Source: Thermoplasmatota archaeon
Lineage (GTDB): Archaea > Thermoplasmatota > Penumbrarchaeia > Penumbrarchaeales > Penumbrarchaeaceae
DNA length: 64,000 nucleotides
NCBI GenBank assembly: GCA_965234725.1
Contig: CBDDUX010000003.1
Coordinates: 32,001-96,000 of the forward strand
Reading direction: 5' to 3'
Shown: piece after piece, positions 1-9,501 of the stretch
Layout of the letters: every line of letters starts with the position of its first letter
How positions within the stretch are numbered: the first letter of the stretch is position 1
The notes under the pieces: generated by a model
Seen by the model: the letters and a program-made list of their open reading frames with translations, nothing else
The model's database searches: none
What the model was told of the DNA's origin: nothing
Translations under genes and position numbers: made by a program

Positions 1-1200
1 AGGATCAATGTTACCGATCCCTATGAGGATATCCTCAATGTCGATCTGGAAGTCATAAACAATGAAACGAAGGAATTGATACCCCTGGCAAATTGGACAT
101 CAGAGGAAGGGATCCTGATTTTCGAATGGAACACCTTAGAGGTCCTTGATGGTGTTTACCTGATCAATGTTAAAGCCAGGGATGCTTCCGACAAGAACAA
201 TTCCTTCATGATCTGGGTCCGTGTGGACAATACCCCTCCAAGTGCAAATGCTGGAGATGACATTGAGGTTCGCACCGGTGAAGAGGTCCATTTCAACGGG
301 ACCTCTTCCATTGACAATATGGGACCATTCTCCTTGACATTCATATGGGTGTTCAGGGAAAATGGCATCCCGATCGAATTGCAAGGGCCAGATCCTGTGT
401 ATATATTCCAAACTGCTGGAACCTATGATGTCCTCCTAACTGTCCTTGACGATGCCGGAAACAATGGTAATGATACGGTTATGGTATTGGTCAAGGAACC
501 CCCGAGCACCCCAAGGATATCGTCTACCTCAGTACCTGACGGTGCAATAAATGTGAATCTGGATATATCGATCAAGATCGATTTCACAGAACCTATGGAC
601 CGTGTATCAATTGGTGACTCCCTAATCCTTTCACCTCTGGAAAGTTATAGACTGGTCTGGGATGATAATAGCAGGGGCGTGCTCATCGAATTCCCTGACG
701 GATTATCAGAGATCACCAAATATCTGCTGACCCTGGACGGTCCTTTTAGTGAGCAAGGAGTTATCCTATCACCCAGGAATTTCACATTGAATTTCACCAC
801 ACTTGAAAAAGAGAATATAATAATTGAGATAACCTCTGTTAAGGAGGGTGCCACGGTTGGAAAAGGTGAGGTATTCACCGTATCAGGAAGTATCAACGGA
901 CTTCCGGGAGGTTCCGAGGTTACCGTGACATTAGGCGGAAGGACCTTCTCAACGACCCTGGGTTCCTCCAACAGCTTCAATATTGATGTTATTGCCCCTG
1001 AGGAGGTAGGAACACATGAGATGCATGTCAGGGCCGGAAACAAAGATAGAATGATAAATATTCGGGTAGTTGATGAAAAGGAGGGAGGCGAGGGTTATCT
1101 TCCAATGATCATAGGTATTATCCTGATCATCCTTGTCATGGTCCTTGCTGGTTATATCTGGATAAGGAAGGGAAATAGAGCTGAGATAATGGAAGAATGA
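1..1200 (+). CDS. Membrane-anchored surface protein (Ig-like + PKD + SbsA/Big_5-like domains, C-terminal TM); 5'-partial
   Basis: Frame is open from base 1; PKD signature (PSANAGDD...FNGTSSIDN...WVF...AGTYDVLLTVLD); Ig-like 'IKIDFTEPMD'; hydrophobic C-terminal helix followed by a basic tail. Confidence 0.8.
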   Translation, partial: RINVTDPYEDILNVDLEVINNETKELIPLANWTSEEGILIFEWNTLEVLDGVYLINVKARDASDKNNSFMIWVRVDNTPPSANAGDDIEVRTGEEVHFNGTSSIDNMGPFSLTFIWVFRENGIPIELQGPDPVYIFQTAGTYDVLLTVLDDAGNNGNDTVMVLVKEPPSTPRISSTSVPDGAINVNLDISIKIDFTEPMDRVSIGDSLILSPLESYRLVWDDNSRGVLIEFPDGLSEITKYLLTLDGPFSEQGVILSPRNFTLNFTTLEKENIIIEITSVKEGATVGKGEVFTVSGSINGLPGGSEVTVTLGGRTFSTTLGSSNSFNIDVIAPEEVGTHEMHVRAGNKDRMINIRVVDEKEGGEGYLPMIIGIILIILVMVLAGYIWIRKGNRAEIMEE

Positions 1201-1202
1201 GA

Positions 1203-2156
1203 TCAGGATCCGTAATATTCATTGTACCATTCAATGAAATTGTGTATACCTTGTTCCAGAGAGGTCACTGGTTCATATCCCAGAAGTTGCTTTGAATGAT
1301 CAATATCTGCATATGTTTTTGGGACATCACCAGGCTGAAGTGGCATGTAATTCTTCTTCGCTTCCTTTCCAAGTTCTTTTTCTATAAGTGATATGAAATA
1401 TTCCAGGTCGGCAGGTCTGTTATTTCCCAGGTTGAAAACCTCATATTTGAAAGGTCTCTCGAGGCAAGCCGTAATACCACTTACGATATCATCAACGTAT
1501 GTGAAGTCCCTCTCCATCTTTCCGAAGTTGAAAACATCGATCGGCTCATCCTCTTTGATAGCTTTTGTGAACTTGAAAAGTGCCATGTCCGGTCTGCCGA
1601 ACGGACCGTAGACGGTAAAGAACCTAAGCCCTGTTGTATTCATTCCGAAAAGATGGGAGTAAACATGGGCCATCAGTTCATTGGATTTCTTTGTTGCTGC
1701 ATAAAGGGAGATGGGTGAATCCACATTATCCTCAACGGAAAATGGTACCTTGGTATTGCCCCCGTACACCGATGATGAGCTGGCATATACAAGGTCCTTG
1801 ATGCCATTATGTCTGCAGGTTTCCAACACGTTGAGGAACCCAACGAGGTTGGAATCAATATAGGTCCTTGGATGTTCCAGGGAATATCTTACACCGGCCT
1901 GAGCAGCAAGATTGCAGAATTTATCAGGTCTATGTTCCTTTACAACTCTATCCAGTTCTTCCCTGTCACAGAGGTCCGCTTTGTGGAAAATATAATTATC
2001 AAATCCGTCCAGAACCTTCATCCTCGATTTCTTAAGGGTGACATCGTAGTACTCATTGACATTGTCATATCCTATGATCTGGTACCCTCTCTTGAGAAGA
2101 TGTCTTGCCAGGTGAAAACCAATAAAACCGGCGGTTCCTGTGATGAGGACTTTCAT
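1203..2156 (-). CDS. NAD-dependent epimerase, UDP-glucuronate 4-epimerase (CapI/WcaG)-like
   Basis: GTAGFIG Rossmann motif, NLAAQAGVRYS, YAATK, LRFFTVYGPFGRPDMA. Confidence 0.9.
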   Translation of the reverse strand: MKVLITGTAGFIGFHLARHLLKRGYQIIGYDNVNEYYDVTLKKSRMKVLDGFDNYIFHKADLCDREELDRVVKEHRPDKFCNLAAQAGVRYSLEHPRTYIDSNLVGFLNVLETCRHNGIKDLVYASSSSVYGGNTKVPFSVEDNVDSPISLYAATKKSNELMAHVYSHLFGMNTTGLRFFTVYGPFGRPDMALFKFTKAIKEDEPIDVFNFGKMERDFTYVDDIVSGITACLERPFKYEVFNLGNNRPADLEYFISLIEKELGKEAKKNYMPLQPGDVPKTYADIDHSKQLLGYEPVTSLEQGIHNFIEWYNEYYGS

Positions 2157-2173
2157 AAATGGAGAAAAGACTA

Positions 2174-3139
2174 CTATGATTTCAATTTTATCTCTAAATC
2201 CTTCTTTACCGAGGAATAGCAGACCTCAGCAATGGTAACTGCCCTTAAGCCATCTATACTGGGGATAGGTGGGTCCATATTACCTCTTGCAACCCTCACC
2301 ATGTCTCCAAGGAGGGGAATGATCGTGTTCTTTTCTCTCTTAACTCTCCTCTTTTTCATTTTCCCGTTGTTGACATTGTAGATAGTATCGGTGAGGGTGT
2401 CAACCCAGATGAATCCCTCTTCGAGGTCTACCCTGAGATATCTGGTCCTCTGGTTCGTATTCCTTGAGATCCTGAAAGCTCCCTCCAATCCATCAGAGAG
2501 TTTCAGGTTGCCATAAGCATAATCCTCCCAGACAGGGTTGAGTATTCGTTCTGTCCAGCAGGATGTTGAGACTACCTTTCCCATGAGATGTTCGACCAGG
2601 TCGAAAACATGGACCCCGGTATTCAGAATACACCCTCCCATTGCTCTCTCTTCCATCAACCAGGGGGTTTTTGGAGGTTCCAGCGCACTGACAGCCTCGA
2701 ACCACCTCAAAGGACCCTTATCTTTCAGGATCTCCTTTAGTTCAATTATGGTCGGTGAATATCTGAGGGTCTGGGCTATGGTCAAGCTTCCGTCTGATCC
2801 TTTCTCTGCCTTCACTAAGTCCCTGCATTGATCGGAATTCCCGCACATTGGCTTCTCCAGGAGTACATGTACCCCTTTTTCGAGTCCCTTCAGTGCAAGT
2901 TCATGATGGGTATCGGTAGGGGTTGCAATGATAAGAAGATCGATCCCTTCGGTCAGAAGTCCATCGAGATCTCCGAACGATCCAACATTCTTTTCAAGCC
3001 ATCTCTTTTCAAGTCCCAAGGAAGGATCCGATCTTGTTACTCCTGTGAGTTCCATTTCTGGTATGTCGTTAAGGATATGATCGATGTATCTTGATCCGTG
3101 CCTGCCGGCCCCGGCCACTCCCACCTTGATAGGATCCAT
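2174..3139 (-). CDS. Gfo/Idh/MocA family oxidoreductase
   Basis: GVAGAGRHG, IATPTDTH, HVLLEKP, GGCILNTGVH. Confidence 0.88.
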   Translation of the reverse strand: MDPIKVGVAGAGRHGSRYIDHILNDIPEMELTGVTRSDPSLGLEKRWLEKNVGSFGDLDGLLTEGIDLLIIATPTDTHHELALKGLEKGVHVLLEKPMCGNSDQCRDLVKAEKGSDGSLTIAQTLRYSPTIIELKEILKDKGPLRWFEAVSALEPPKTPWLMEERAMGGCILNTGVHVFDLVEHLMGKVVSTSCWTERILNPVWEDYAYGNLKLSDGLEGAFRISRNTNQRTRYLRVDLEEGFIWVDTLTDTIYNVNNGKMKKRRVKREKNTIIPLLGDMVRVARGNMDPPIPSIDGLRAVTIAEVCYSSVKKDLEIKLKS

Positions 3140-3163
3140 GTACCTGTATAGACATATCTCAAC

Positions 3164-3191
3164 AAAAAACTTGCTCAGATCATCTGAACAA
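3164..3191 (-). terminator. Hairpin + U-tract after the sulfur operon (downstream of USP gene)
   Basis: Minus strand TTGTTCAGA-TGA-TCTGAGCAA followed by GTTTTTT. Confidence 0.55.
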
Positions 3192-3250
3192 TATTGTTAT
3201 TTTGACCTTTTCCATGACCAGTGAAAGGAGGACCAAAAGGATGGTTCCGA

Positions 3251-4033
3251 TCAGTTTATTAGAAGAACAGAGGCACTGGACCTCTTTGCGAAACGGGACC
3301 TCAGGTGAAAATATCCTCTTTTCTTAATCCTTCCAAGTATGATCAGGTCCAGGTCCCTTTCCTTTGCTTTCCTGTATATGAACGAGTCCACCCTTTCATT
3401 GGCAACTTCCTTCCATTTAAGCCTGTTGGCGGTTGAGATCCTGTCAGGCTCATCCTTATCAAGTCTTCCCTCCGGGTCCATGATGAAATAAGGCTCCAAT
3501 CTTGAATTGAATGTTCTTTGGAGGACCTTTGCAGCCCGGGGGGATTTTATATTGGGCCCAAGGTTGGTGCAGAATAGACCTATGTTCTTGATCGGACCGC
3601 CATTCCTTTCGATCCATACCGGGACCGGGGATCGGTCCATTATCCTGTATTTCAGAAGATCATAGGACCTGTATTCCATGATCAACAGGTCAGCTTCCTC
3701 TCTCTCGACCGTGTTGGAAACAGTATCTGAATAACTACCTTTCCTGATAATTAGCTGGACAGGTATGTCTCCAAGTATCTTCTGGGCTTCCTTCTTGAGG
3801 ACATCCTTTGCCATCTTCTCATGGGTCCTTATCATCTTACGTTCCCAGATCTCATGTTCCTTATCCGTGAGAACGTGTGTACTCATCTCCTGGACCTTGT
3901 CAAAGACATTATCCTCGATTATATAGGATACCGCCACCTCTGATCCTAGAGCCCGGGAGATGTCCCTTGCTCGCGAAAGAGCCAGGTCCGGGAACTGTTC
4001 CATGGGTAACGATACCACTATTCTCTTGAACAT
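3251..4033 (-). CDS. Universal stress protein (tandem USP-like domains)
   Basis: Start reassigned to ATG 4033 (MFKRIVV), which overlaps the SLC13 stop (TGATG); ADLLIM...RSPVPVWI and DLIILG...SASVLLI. Confidence 0.8.
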   Translation of the reverse strand: MFKRIVVSLPMEQFPDLALSRARDISRALGSEVAVSYIIEDNVFDKVQEMSTHVLTDKEHEIWERKMIRTHEKMAKDVLKKEAQKILGDIPVQLIIRKGSYSDTVSNTVEREEADLLIMEYRSYDLLKYRIMDRSPVPVWIERNGGPIKNIGLFCTNLGPNIKSPRAAKVLQRTFNSRLEPYFIMDPEGRLDKDEPDRISTANRLKWKEVANERVDSFIYRKAKERDLDLIILGRIKKRGYFHLRSRFAKRSSASVLLIN

Positions 4034-5415
4034 CACCACACCCCTATCAATTTCCAGTATGTATAAGCTATTAACATCACCACTCCCATCGTTACAAGGT
4101 TCGCAACTATTCCTGCCTTGAGCAGGTCCTTCTGAGTGAAGTAACCGGATGAGAAGGAGATAAGGTTGCCGGGAGTGGAGATAAGGAACATGAAGGCCAG
4201 ACCTCCGGAGAGGCCAACAAGCATAGCTCCCATCTCGGGTGGGAGACCTACACTGGTGAACACTGCGAAACCTATTGGCAATAGAATAGATACTGCAGCC
4301 GTATTGGACATGAACTCTGTTAACACCTTGGTCAAAAGGATAACTATAATGATCGATAGGAAAACGCTTCCGGATGTGAGTTTGAGTACCTCGAGTGAGA
4401 GCCATTCGGCTGCTCCGGAATTGGCAAGATGCACACCCATTGAGATGGCACCTCCATATAGGAGGATGATGCCCCAAGGTATCTTGTTCTCCACATCCTC
4501 CCATCTCATGCCTCCAACCAGGAAGATCGCGATCCCACCGATCAAGGCGATCACTGCCAGGTCAACTTCGAGGAAGGAGGGGAGGATAACAAAGCATAGG
4601 ACCACAAACATCAATACCACTATTATCAATACATCTTTGAACCGAACCTTTGGCACCTCCCTGACCTCCTCTTCAATTACAGCCATTCCTTTTCTGAGGT
4701 CCTTGATCTCCGGAGGAAATATCACTATCAGCACTATCCAGACAAGAAGGAGGGAGAGTAAAACGATTGGGAGAGATAGGACCATCCATCTAAGGAAATC
4801 CACCTCTATTCCCTGAGACCTGAGGAATCCTATGGTCAGTGGATTCCTGGCTCCACCAAGAGGAGTTGCCAGGCTTCCTATCGTACATCCGTAAGCTGCA
4901 CCAATCATTACACCTTTGGCCAGGTTCGATCTAAGAGGAACCAATCCCATTCCAACAATCGTGAACATGAGTACTGGGACGATCAATACAATAACACCAT
5001 GTTCCGGCATGATGAATGATAGGAGTGCACCGGATACCATCGTCATCAAAACAAGGGCCGATGGTGAATTTCCAGATAACTTCAGGATACGAAGGGAAAC
5101 CAGTTTGTGAATTGGTGTCCGTTCAATGGTAGCTGCGATCATGAAGGCCCCTATTAGGAAGAACACAGCTGAATTTCCAAAGGATGAGAAGGTCTGATCA
5201 ATGTTCGTAACACCCAGAAGTAGGGGAAGAAGAAGAACAAGGACACCTGCCAATCCGAGGGGGATCGGTTGAAGAAGGAAAGCTGTGGCAGCAAAGGCCA
5301 GGACACCGAACATGGCCTGTCCGTCACTTGAAAGCCCATCCGGTCTCGGTAGTGAGATCACCAATAAAAGCAGAAGGACCGGAAGAGAAAGCCTTGCGAT
5401 CCTTCTTGCATTCAA
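4033..5415 (-). CDS. SLC13/DASS family anion:sodium symporter (probable sulfate carrier)
   Basis: Many TM helices; GSLATPLGGARN and TEFMSNTAA...STPGN DASS motifs; lies in the sat/cysC operon. Confidence 0.88.
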   Translation of the reverse strand: MNARRIARLSLPVLLLLLVISLPRPDGLSSDGQAMFGVLAFAATAFLLQPIPLGLAGVLVLLLPLLLGVTNIDQTFSSFGNSAVFFLIGAFMIAATIERTPIHKLVSLRILKLSGNSPSALVLMTMVSGALLSFIMPEHGVIVLIVPVLMFTIVGMGLVPLRSNLAKGVMIGAAYGCTIGSLATPLGGARNPLTIGFLRSQGIEVDFLRWMVLSLPIVLLSLLLVWIVLIVIFPPEIKDLRKGMAVIEEEVREVPKVRFKDVLIIVVLMFVVLCFVILPSFLEVDLAVIALIGGIAIFLVGGMRWEDVENKIPWGIILLYGGAISMGVHLANSGAAEWLSLEVLKLTSGSVFLSIIIVILLTKVLTEFMSNTAAVSILLPIGFAVFTSVGLPPEMGAMLVGLSGGLAFMFLISTPGNLISFSSGYFTQKDLLKAGIVANLVTMGVVMLIAYTYWKLIGVW

Positions 5416-5437
5416 ATAACCACTCCTTCATATGTAT

Positions 5438-5977
5438 TCAGGAGATGAAACCCATCTCCCTAACCTTTGCTACTATAGCATCGATCTCTTCTTCAAGGGT
5501 CTGTTCATGGGAGTAAACTGTCACTTCCGGATCCACAGGGGGTTCGTAGACCCCATCATATCCGGTCAGGTTCGTTATCTCGCCCTTAATAGCTTTGGCA
5601 TAGAGTCCCTTTGGATCCCTTTCTATTCTAACTTCCTTGGTCGATTCGACCATGACCTCAACGAAGTTACCTATTTCCTCTCTGGCCATGTCCCTTACAT
5701 CCTTGAAGGGTGAGATCAGGGAGACTATGTTCGGTATCCCATACTTGGTCATGAGCTTTGCATGGTTGATCACGACCTTATTGTGCATCTTCCTTGATTC
5801 GGCTGAAAAACCGATGTCAGGATAGAGTTTTTTTCTCACAGAATCACCATCGAAGATCTCCAGAGGCAATCCCAAATTCTCAAAGTATTTGCTCAGACCA
5901 TCAGCCAGATAGGTCTTACCTGCTCCGCTAGGTCCTGTTAGCCATATTGTGAATCCTTTGTGTCCGTTTTCTGTCAT
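5438..5977 (-). CDS. cysC: Adenylyl-sulfate (APS) kinase
   Basis: IWLTGPSGAGKT, DGDSVR, SLISP, RDPKGLYAKA, TGYDGVYEPP. Confidence 0.93.
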   Translation of the reverse strand: MTENGHKGFTIWLTGPSGAGKTYLADGLSKYFENLGLPLEIFDGDSVRKKLYPDIGFSAESRKMHNKVVINHAKLMTKYGIPNIVSLISPFKDVRDMAREEIGNFVEVMVESTKEVRIERDPKGLYAKAIKGEITNLTGYDGVYEPPVDPEVTVYSHEQTLEEEIDAIVAKVREMGFIS

Positions 5978-5992
5978 ATAGCATACCTCCTA

Positions 5993-6943
5993 TTATTGTT
6001 CCAATCCTATTTTGGGTCCAAGGATCGAGAGCACATCTTGCACTCTATCACGGGGATAGACGGACCCGACGACCTCACTCTTTCCTCCAGCATTGATCCC
6101 TATTTCCTTCAACTTTGAGATAAGTGCGGCCATATCCATCCTCGAAGCTGTCTCTGAACTAATCCTGAGATAGGTCTGCCCCTTTCCATGGAAATCCCTG
6201 TTAACAACAAGTGCTCCGGCGTATCCTAATTCCCAGACCGCCTTCCTTGCAAGTTTGGAGATCACATTGTAAGGTGTTTCCATATCCATGTAGCAGAACT
6301 CCCCAAACTCCATCCTTGAAGCCAGGGTTTCTTCTATCGTCCTTTCGATCTCTGACAATTTCTTGTTCCATTCCGGATGATCGATCAACCCGGATGGATC
6401 CAACAGAAGGACCTCTCCCACCGCTTTCTCTACAGCTGCAAGGTCCACTGCCAGATAATTGGAATCTATCAGTGAAACAATTTTCAGTGCATCTTCCACT
6501 GTAAGTCCAGCTGAATCCAACTGGCCTTTCACCTTAGGGTGGAGAAGAGCTTTCTCTCCTATATCTCCGATCGCTCCCAGGGAAGAGAGAAGGTCCCATT
6601 GACCGTATCGTTCAGAGATCACAATAGTACAGGATGGGAATCCTTTCGGATCCTCACCGTTTACAAGCGGGTTGATCTGATCGACCAATGGATTTTCGAT
6701 CCTTTCCTGGATATGGTGGTCAATGAAGGTAATCTTCTTCTCCGTATTCTTGATCTCAAGGGGAAGGTTAAGATCGACCACATAGACCTCGACATGTTCG
6801 GAAATGGCATTCCTGATCCTTTCGTTAAAACTGAAATCACCCACTTCCGGGGACATGTTGACATAGTCATTTATCCCGAGGGCGCGAATGAGTTTTGCGG
6901 CGGAGCAGATGCCATCCGTATCCCAGTGGTGAATTATCAGCAT
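5993..6943 (-). CDS. DHH/DHHA1 phosphoesterase (candidate PAP phosphatase)
   Basis: HHWDTDG, VVD, FIDHH, C-terminal AGGK; lies between sat and cysC. Confidence 0.8.
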   Translation of the reverse strand: MLIIHHWDTDGICSAAKLIRALGINDYVNMSPEVGDFSFNERIRNAISEHVEVYVVDLNLPLEIKNTEKKITFIDHHIQERIENPLVDQINPLVNGEDPKGFPSCTIVISERYGQWDLLSSLGAIGDIGEKALLHPKVKGQLDSAGLTVEDALKIVSLIDSNYLAVDLAAVEKAVGEVLLLDPSGLIDHPEWNKKLSEIERTIEETLASRMEFGEFCYMDMETPYNVISKLARKAVWELGYAGALVVNRDFHGKGQTYLRISSETASRMDMAALISKLKEIGINAGGKSEVVGSVYPRDRVQDVLSILGPKIGLEQ

Positions 6944-6947
6944 ATTA

Positions 6948-8093
6948 TCATTCCACGAAGGGGTTCTCGAAGGTTCTGATGGTATCGAACACTTCCTTCC
7001 TCATGTGGTATGGTTTCGGGACCTCACCGGATTTGAGCATCTCCCTCATTTTTGTGCCTGAAAGGAAATCATGGTGTTCCTTGTCATGCGGGCAGATCTT
7101 CGAATTGACAATATTGCCACATTTGTGGCAGTGGAAGAATGCCTTGAAGACCATGGGTTCCATTCCAAGGTCCGGGAACTCCTTGAAGATCTCCTGTGCA
7201 TCGAAAGGTCCATAGTAGTTCCCTACGCCGGCATGGTCCCTTCCGATGATGATATGGGTGCATCCGAAGTTCTTTCTCATGATGGCATGATGGATCGCTT
7301 CCTTTGGACCTGCATATTTCATTTCGTACCTGAGTATGGACATATGGGTGATATCCTTGGGATAGTAGTTCTTGATCAACTCTTCGAAGGTCTTCAAGAT
7401 GACATCGTCCTTGAAATCTCCTGATTTCTTCTTGCCTATTACTGGGTTAATAAAGAGTCCGTCCACGAAGGTGGCAGCGGTCTTCTGGAGGAACTCATGG
7501 CCAAGATGGGAAACGTTCCTGGTCTGGAACGCAACAACGGTGTCCCATCCTTTTTCCCTGAACAGGACCCTTGTCTCTGCGGGGCTTAAGGTATGGTCCT
7601 TGTAGGGATTCTCAAGCTCTCCCAGCATTTCGATGTCGCCACCAAGCAAAGTATCATTCATCTCATAGACCCTTTTAACCCCGGGGTGTGCATTATCCGT
7701 GGTCTTGAAGACCGAAGATGAGAATTCCTTCTTATCGAAACCATAGATATCATCCACATACATCCTGGCAAACGGTCTGTCATTGTAGAACAACATGACC
7801 GCATCTCCTTCGTCCATTGTCTCGGGTTTCCTTTCAACATCAAGGACCACCGGTATTGACCAGGGAACATCATCAGGGAGCCTCATATCGACAAGTACAG
7901 ACTGAAGCTCGTCGGACATCATGAATCCATCCAGAGGTGAATAGACCCCGTGTGCAATAGAATGGACGTCAACCGCTGTTGCCTCATTGATGTCGATGCG
8001 AGGATATTCCTTGACCTCTCCGAGTATCCTTTCTGTGATCTTCTTGTTAACCGTTCTTTTTATCAATCGTCCGCCGTGTGGTTTGTTTACCAT
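6948..8093 (-). CDS. sat: Sulfate adenylyltransferase (ATP sulfurylase)
   Basis: PHGGRL N-terminus, AFQTRNxxHxGH, GRDHAGVG, SGTKMR; start placed at ATG 8093 after a GGTGA SD. Confidence 0.95.
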   Translation of the reverse strand: MVNKPHGGRLIKRTVNKKITERILGEVKEYPRIDINEATAVDVHSIAHGVYSPLDGFMMSDELQSVLVDMRLPDDVPWSIPVVLDVERKPETMDEGDAVMLFYNDRPFARMYVDDIYGFDKKEFSSSVFKTTDNAHPGVKRVYEMNDTLLGGDIEMLGELENPYKDHTLSPAETRVLFREKGWDTVVAFQTRNVSHLGHEFLQKTAATFVDGLFINPVIGKKKSGDFKDDVILKTFEELIKNYYPKDITHMSILRYEMKYAGPKEAIHHAIMRKNFGCTHIIIGRDHAGVGNYYGPFDAQEIFKEFPDLGMEPMVFKAFFHCHKCGNIVNSKICPHDKEHHDFLSGTKMREMLKSGEVPKPYHMRKEVFDTIRTFENPFVE

Positions 8094-8116
8094 ATAATCA
8101 CCATTCATTGAATTTT

Positions 8117-8344
8117 TCAATCAAGATAGCCCAATGCCCTGAGCCTTTCCTTGACCTTCTCCTCTTCCTCTTCGGAAAAGGCCTCTTCCTTATCATCCTC
8201 TTCAAGGGAAGCGAGAACTTCCCTTAGAACATAGGTAACATAGTCTGAAACCGATGTGAAACCGGTTCCATTTATCCTGGCCTTGATCTTCTTGTATAGG
8301 GGTATCGGGATCGAGACCGTGGTGTGCTTTCTTTCCTCTGTCAT
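8117..8344 (-). CDS. CopG/ribbon-helix-helix transcriptional regulator with ERLRALGYL tail
   Basis: TTVSIP..LY..IK...GFTSVSDYVTYVLRE RHH pattern; SD GAGGCGA. Confidence 0.85.
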   Translation of the reverse strand: MTEERKHTTVSIPIPLYKKIKARINGTGFTSVSDYVTYVLREVLASLEEDDKEEAFSEEEEEKVKERLRALGYLD

Positions 8345-8362
8345 GTTATCGCCTCATGGTCT

Positions 8363-8411
8363 TAATGACATTTAATGCGGAGACATTGAGACTATATATA
8401 TATTGTCATTA
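8363..8411 (-). promoter_or_regulatory. TATA region flanked by inverted TAATGACA/TGTCATTA repeats (candidate RHH operator)
   Basis: TAATGACA 8363-8370, TGTCATTA 8404-8411, TATATATATAT between them, upstream of the RHH-sat operon. Confidence 0.5.
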
Positions 8412-8449
8412 GATATTATGTAAGGAAGAATATTGGATCTTGGTTCGGA

Positions 8450-9028
8450 TCAAATATGGGCTTTATTTCGGTATAGGGACATATCAATGGAATCCTTCAT
8501 TTTACTGATATCAAGGTTCTCATCGAAGAATTCATTTATTTCCAGTATCGACATATCAGGATCCAACAGGAGATCGTTGTAGGATATGTAAAGGACCTCC
8601 ATATCCTTTCTTGAGTTTACTGTCTGCTTTAAAAGGACCAGATATCTTTTGAGAAGATCTACCATCTCCTTCTCTGGGACAGCATCAGGGTCCTCACCTC
8701 TTCGGATCATCATCTTCTTCTGTGACCTGATGATCTCATCTATGTTCCTCATCATGAAGACAATCCTATAATCATATCCTGAGGGAAGATGTCTGATAAG
8801 TTCTGCGAGGACCTTGACCACCTTACCTTTTGCATCTTCAAGCCATGAAGTGTCATCGGGCAGGCGCTTCACTCTCTCAAATTCATAGTATCCCTTCGGA
8901 TTATCCTCGTCAGGGGTCCTGATATGGTCGATGAGAGGTTCAAGTCCCCCATTATCGAGCATTCTCATCATCAGGGAGGTTCCTGACCGTGGTAAACCGG
9001 ATACTATGGTGATGACCTGATCGTCCAT
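8450..9028 (-). CDS. Sulfotransferase family protein (PAPS-dependent)
   Basis: 5'-phosphosulfate-binding loop SGLPRSGTSLMM; NPKGYYE; IVFMMR..EIIRSQ; ISYNDL. Confidence 0.85.
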   Translation of the reverse strand: MDDQVITIVSGLPRSGTSLMMRMLDNGGLEPLIDHIRTPDEDNPKGYYEFERVKRLPDDTSWLEDAKGKVVKVLAELIRHLPSGYDYRIVFMMRNIDEIIRSQKKMMIRRGEDPDAVPEKEMVDLLKRYLVLLKQTVNSRKDMEVLYISYNDLLLDPDMSILEINEFFDENLDISKMKDSIDMSLYRNKAHI

Positions 9029-9154
9029 AAGGCACCGCGTTTGTTATTCGGGTTTTATATATCAATCTGTCGTCTGAATCCATGGGTCAGATGAGGAATG
9101 AATATGATGATAAACTGAAAATAGAACCAATGTATATTGGTATGAGGTGAATTA

Positions 9155-9361
9155 ATGGAAATAGACATAGATAATGTGACCTTCATTAGTGAAACGGCAC
9201 TGACAATTCGAGGTACCAGAAGGAGGACAACAGTCCCAAAGACGATCGTGGAGAGGCTATCATTAAATAACGGAGATAAGGTCAGATGGATCCTTTTCAG
9301 GGATGGCAGTATTATGATAAGGAAGGTCATAGATAAGAAATTAAGTGACGATCAGTTATAA
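9155..9361 (+). CDS. AbrB/MazE/SpoVT family DNA-binding protein
   Basis: RRTTVPKTIVERLSLNNGDKVRW swapped-hairpin pattern; SD GAGGTGA. Confidence 0.75.
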   Translation: MEIDIDNVTFISETALTIRGTRRRTTVPKTIVERLSLNNGDKVRWILFRDGSIMIRKVIDKKLSDDQL

Positions 9362-9501
9362 GAATGAAAAAAAATATTACATATCGTTATATATTAACAG
9401 ATATCCCACATCATAAGCAATGGCTGCATCAACATGCATATAGGTGGACATGTATTGGATTGAAACCAAGTTATTATAATGCAATATAATTACATATCAT
9501 T

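Noticed and set aside
4034-4504. Long N-terminal extension of the USP ORF (417 aa in the track)
   Set aside because: It overlaps the SLC13 gene in another frame; the USP fold begins at MFKRIVV (ATG 4033), coupled to the upstream stop
4166-4816. Long antisense ORFs (e.g. 4166-4816, 15376-15987, 46174-46722, 31849-32370)
   Set aside because: They shadow well-supported genes on the opposite strand and have no motifs; typical codon-bias artefacts
5438-8093. Dissimilatory sulfate reduction inferred from sat
   Set aside because: sat is coupled to cysC and a sulfotransferase; no aprAB/dsrAB/qmo in the window
9155-9361. Toxin-antitoxin pair involving the AbrB-like gene
   Set aside because: No toxin-like ORF (PIN/MazF/RelE) adjacent; the next gene is the sulfate-binding protein
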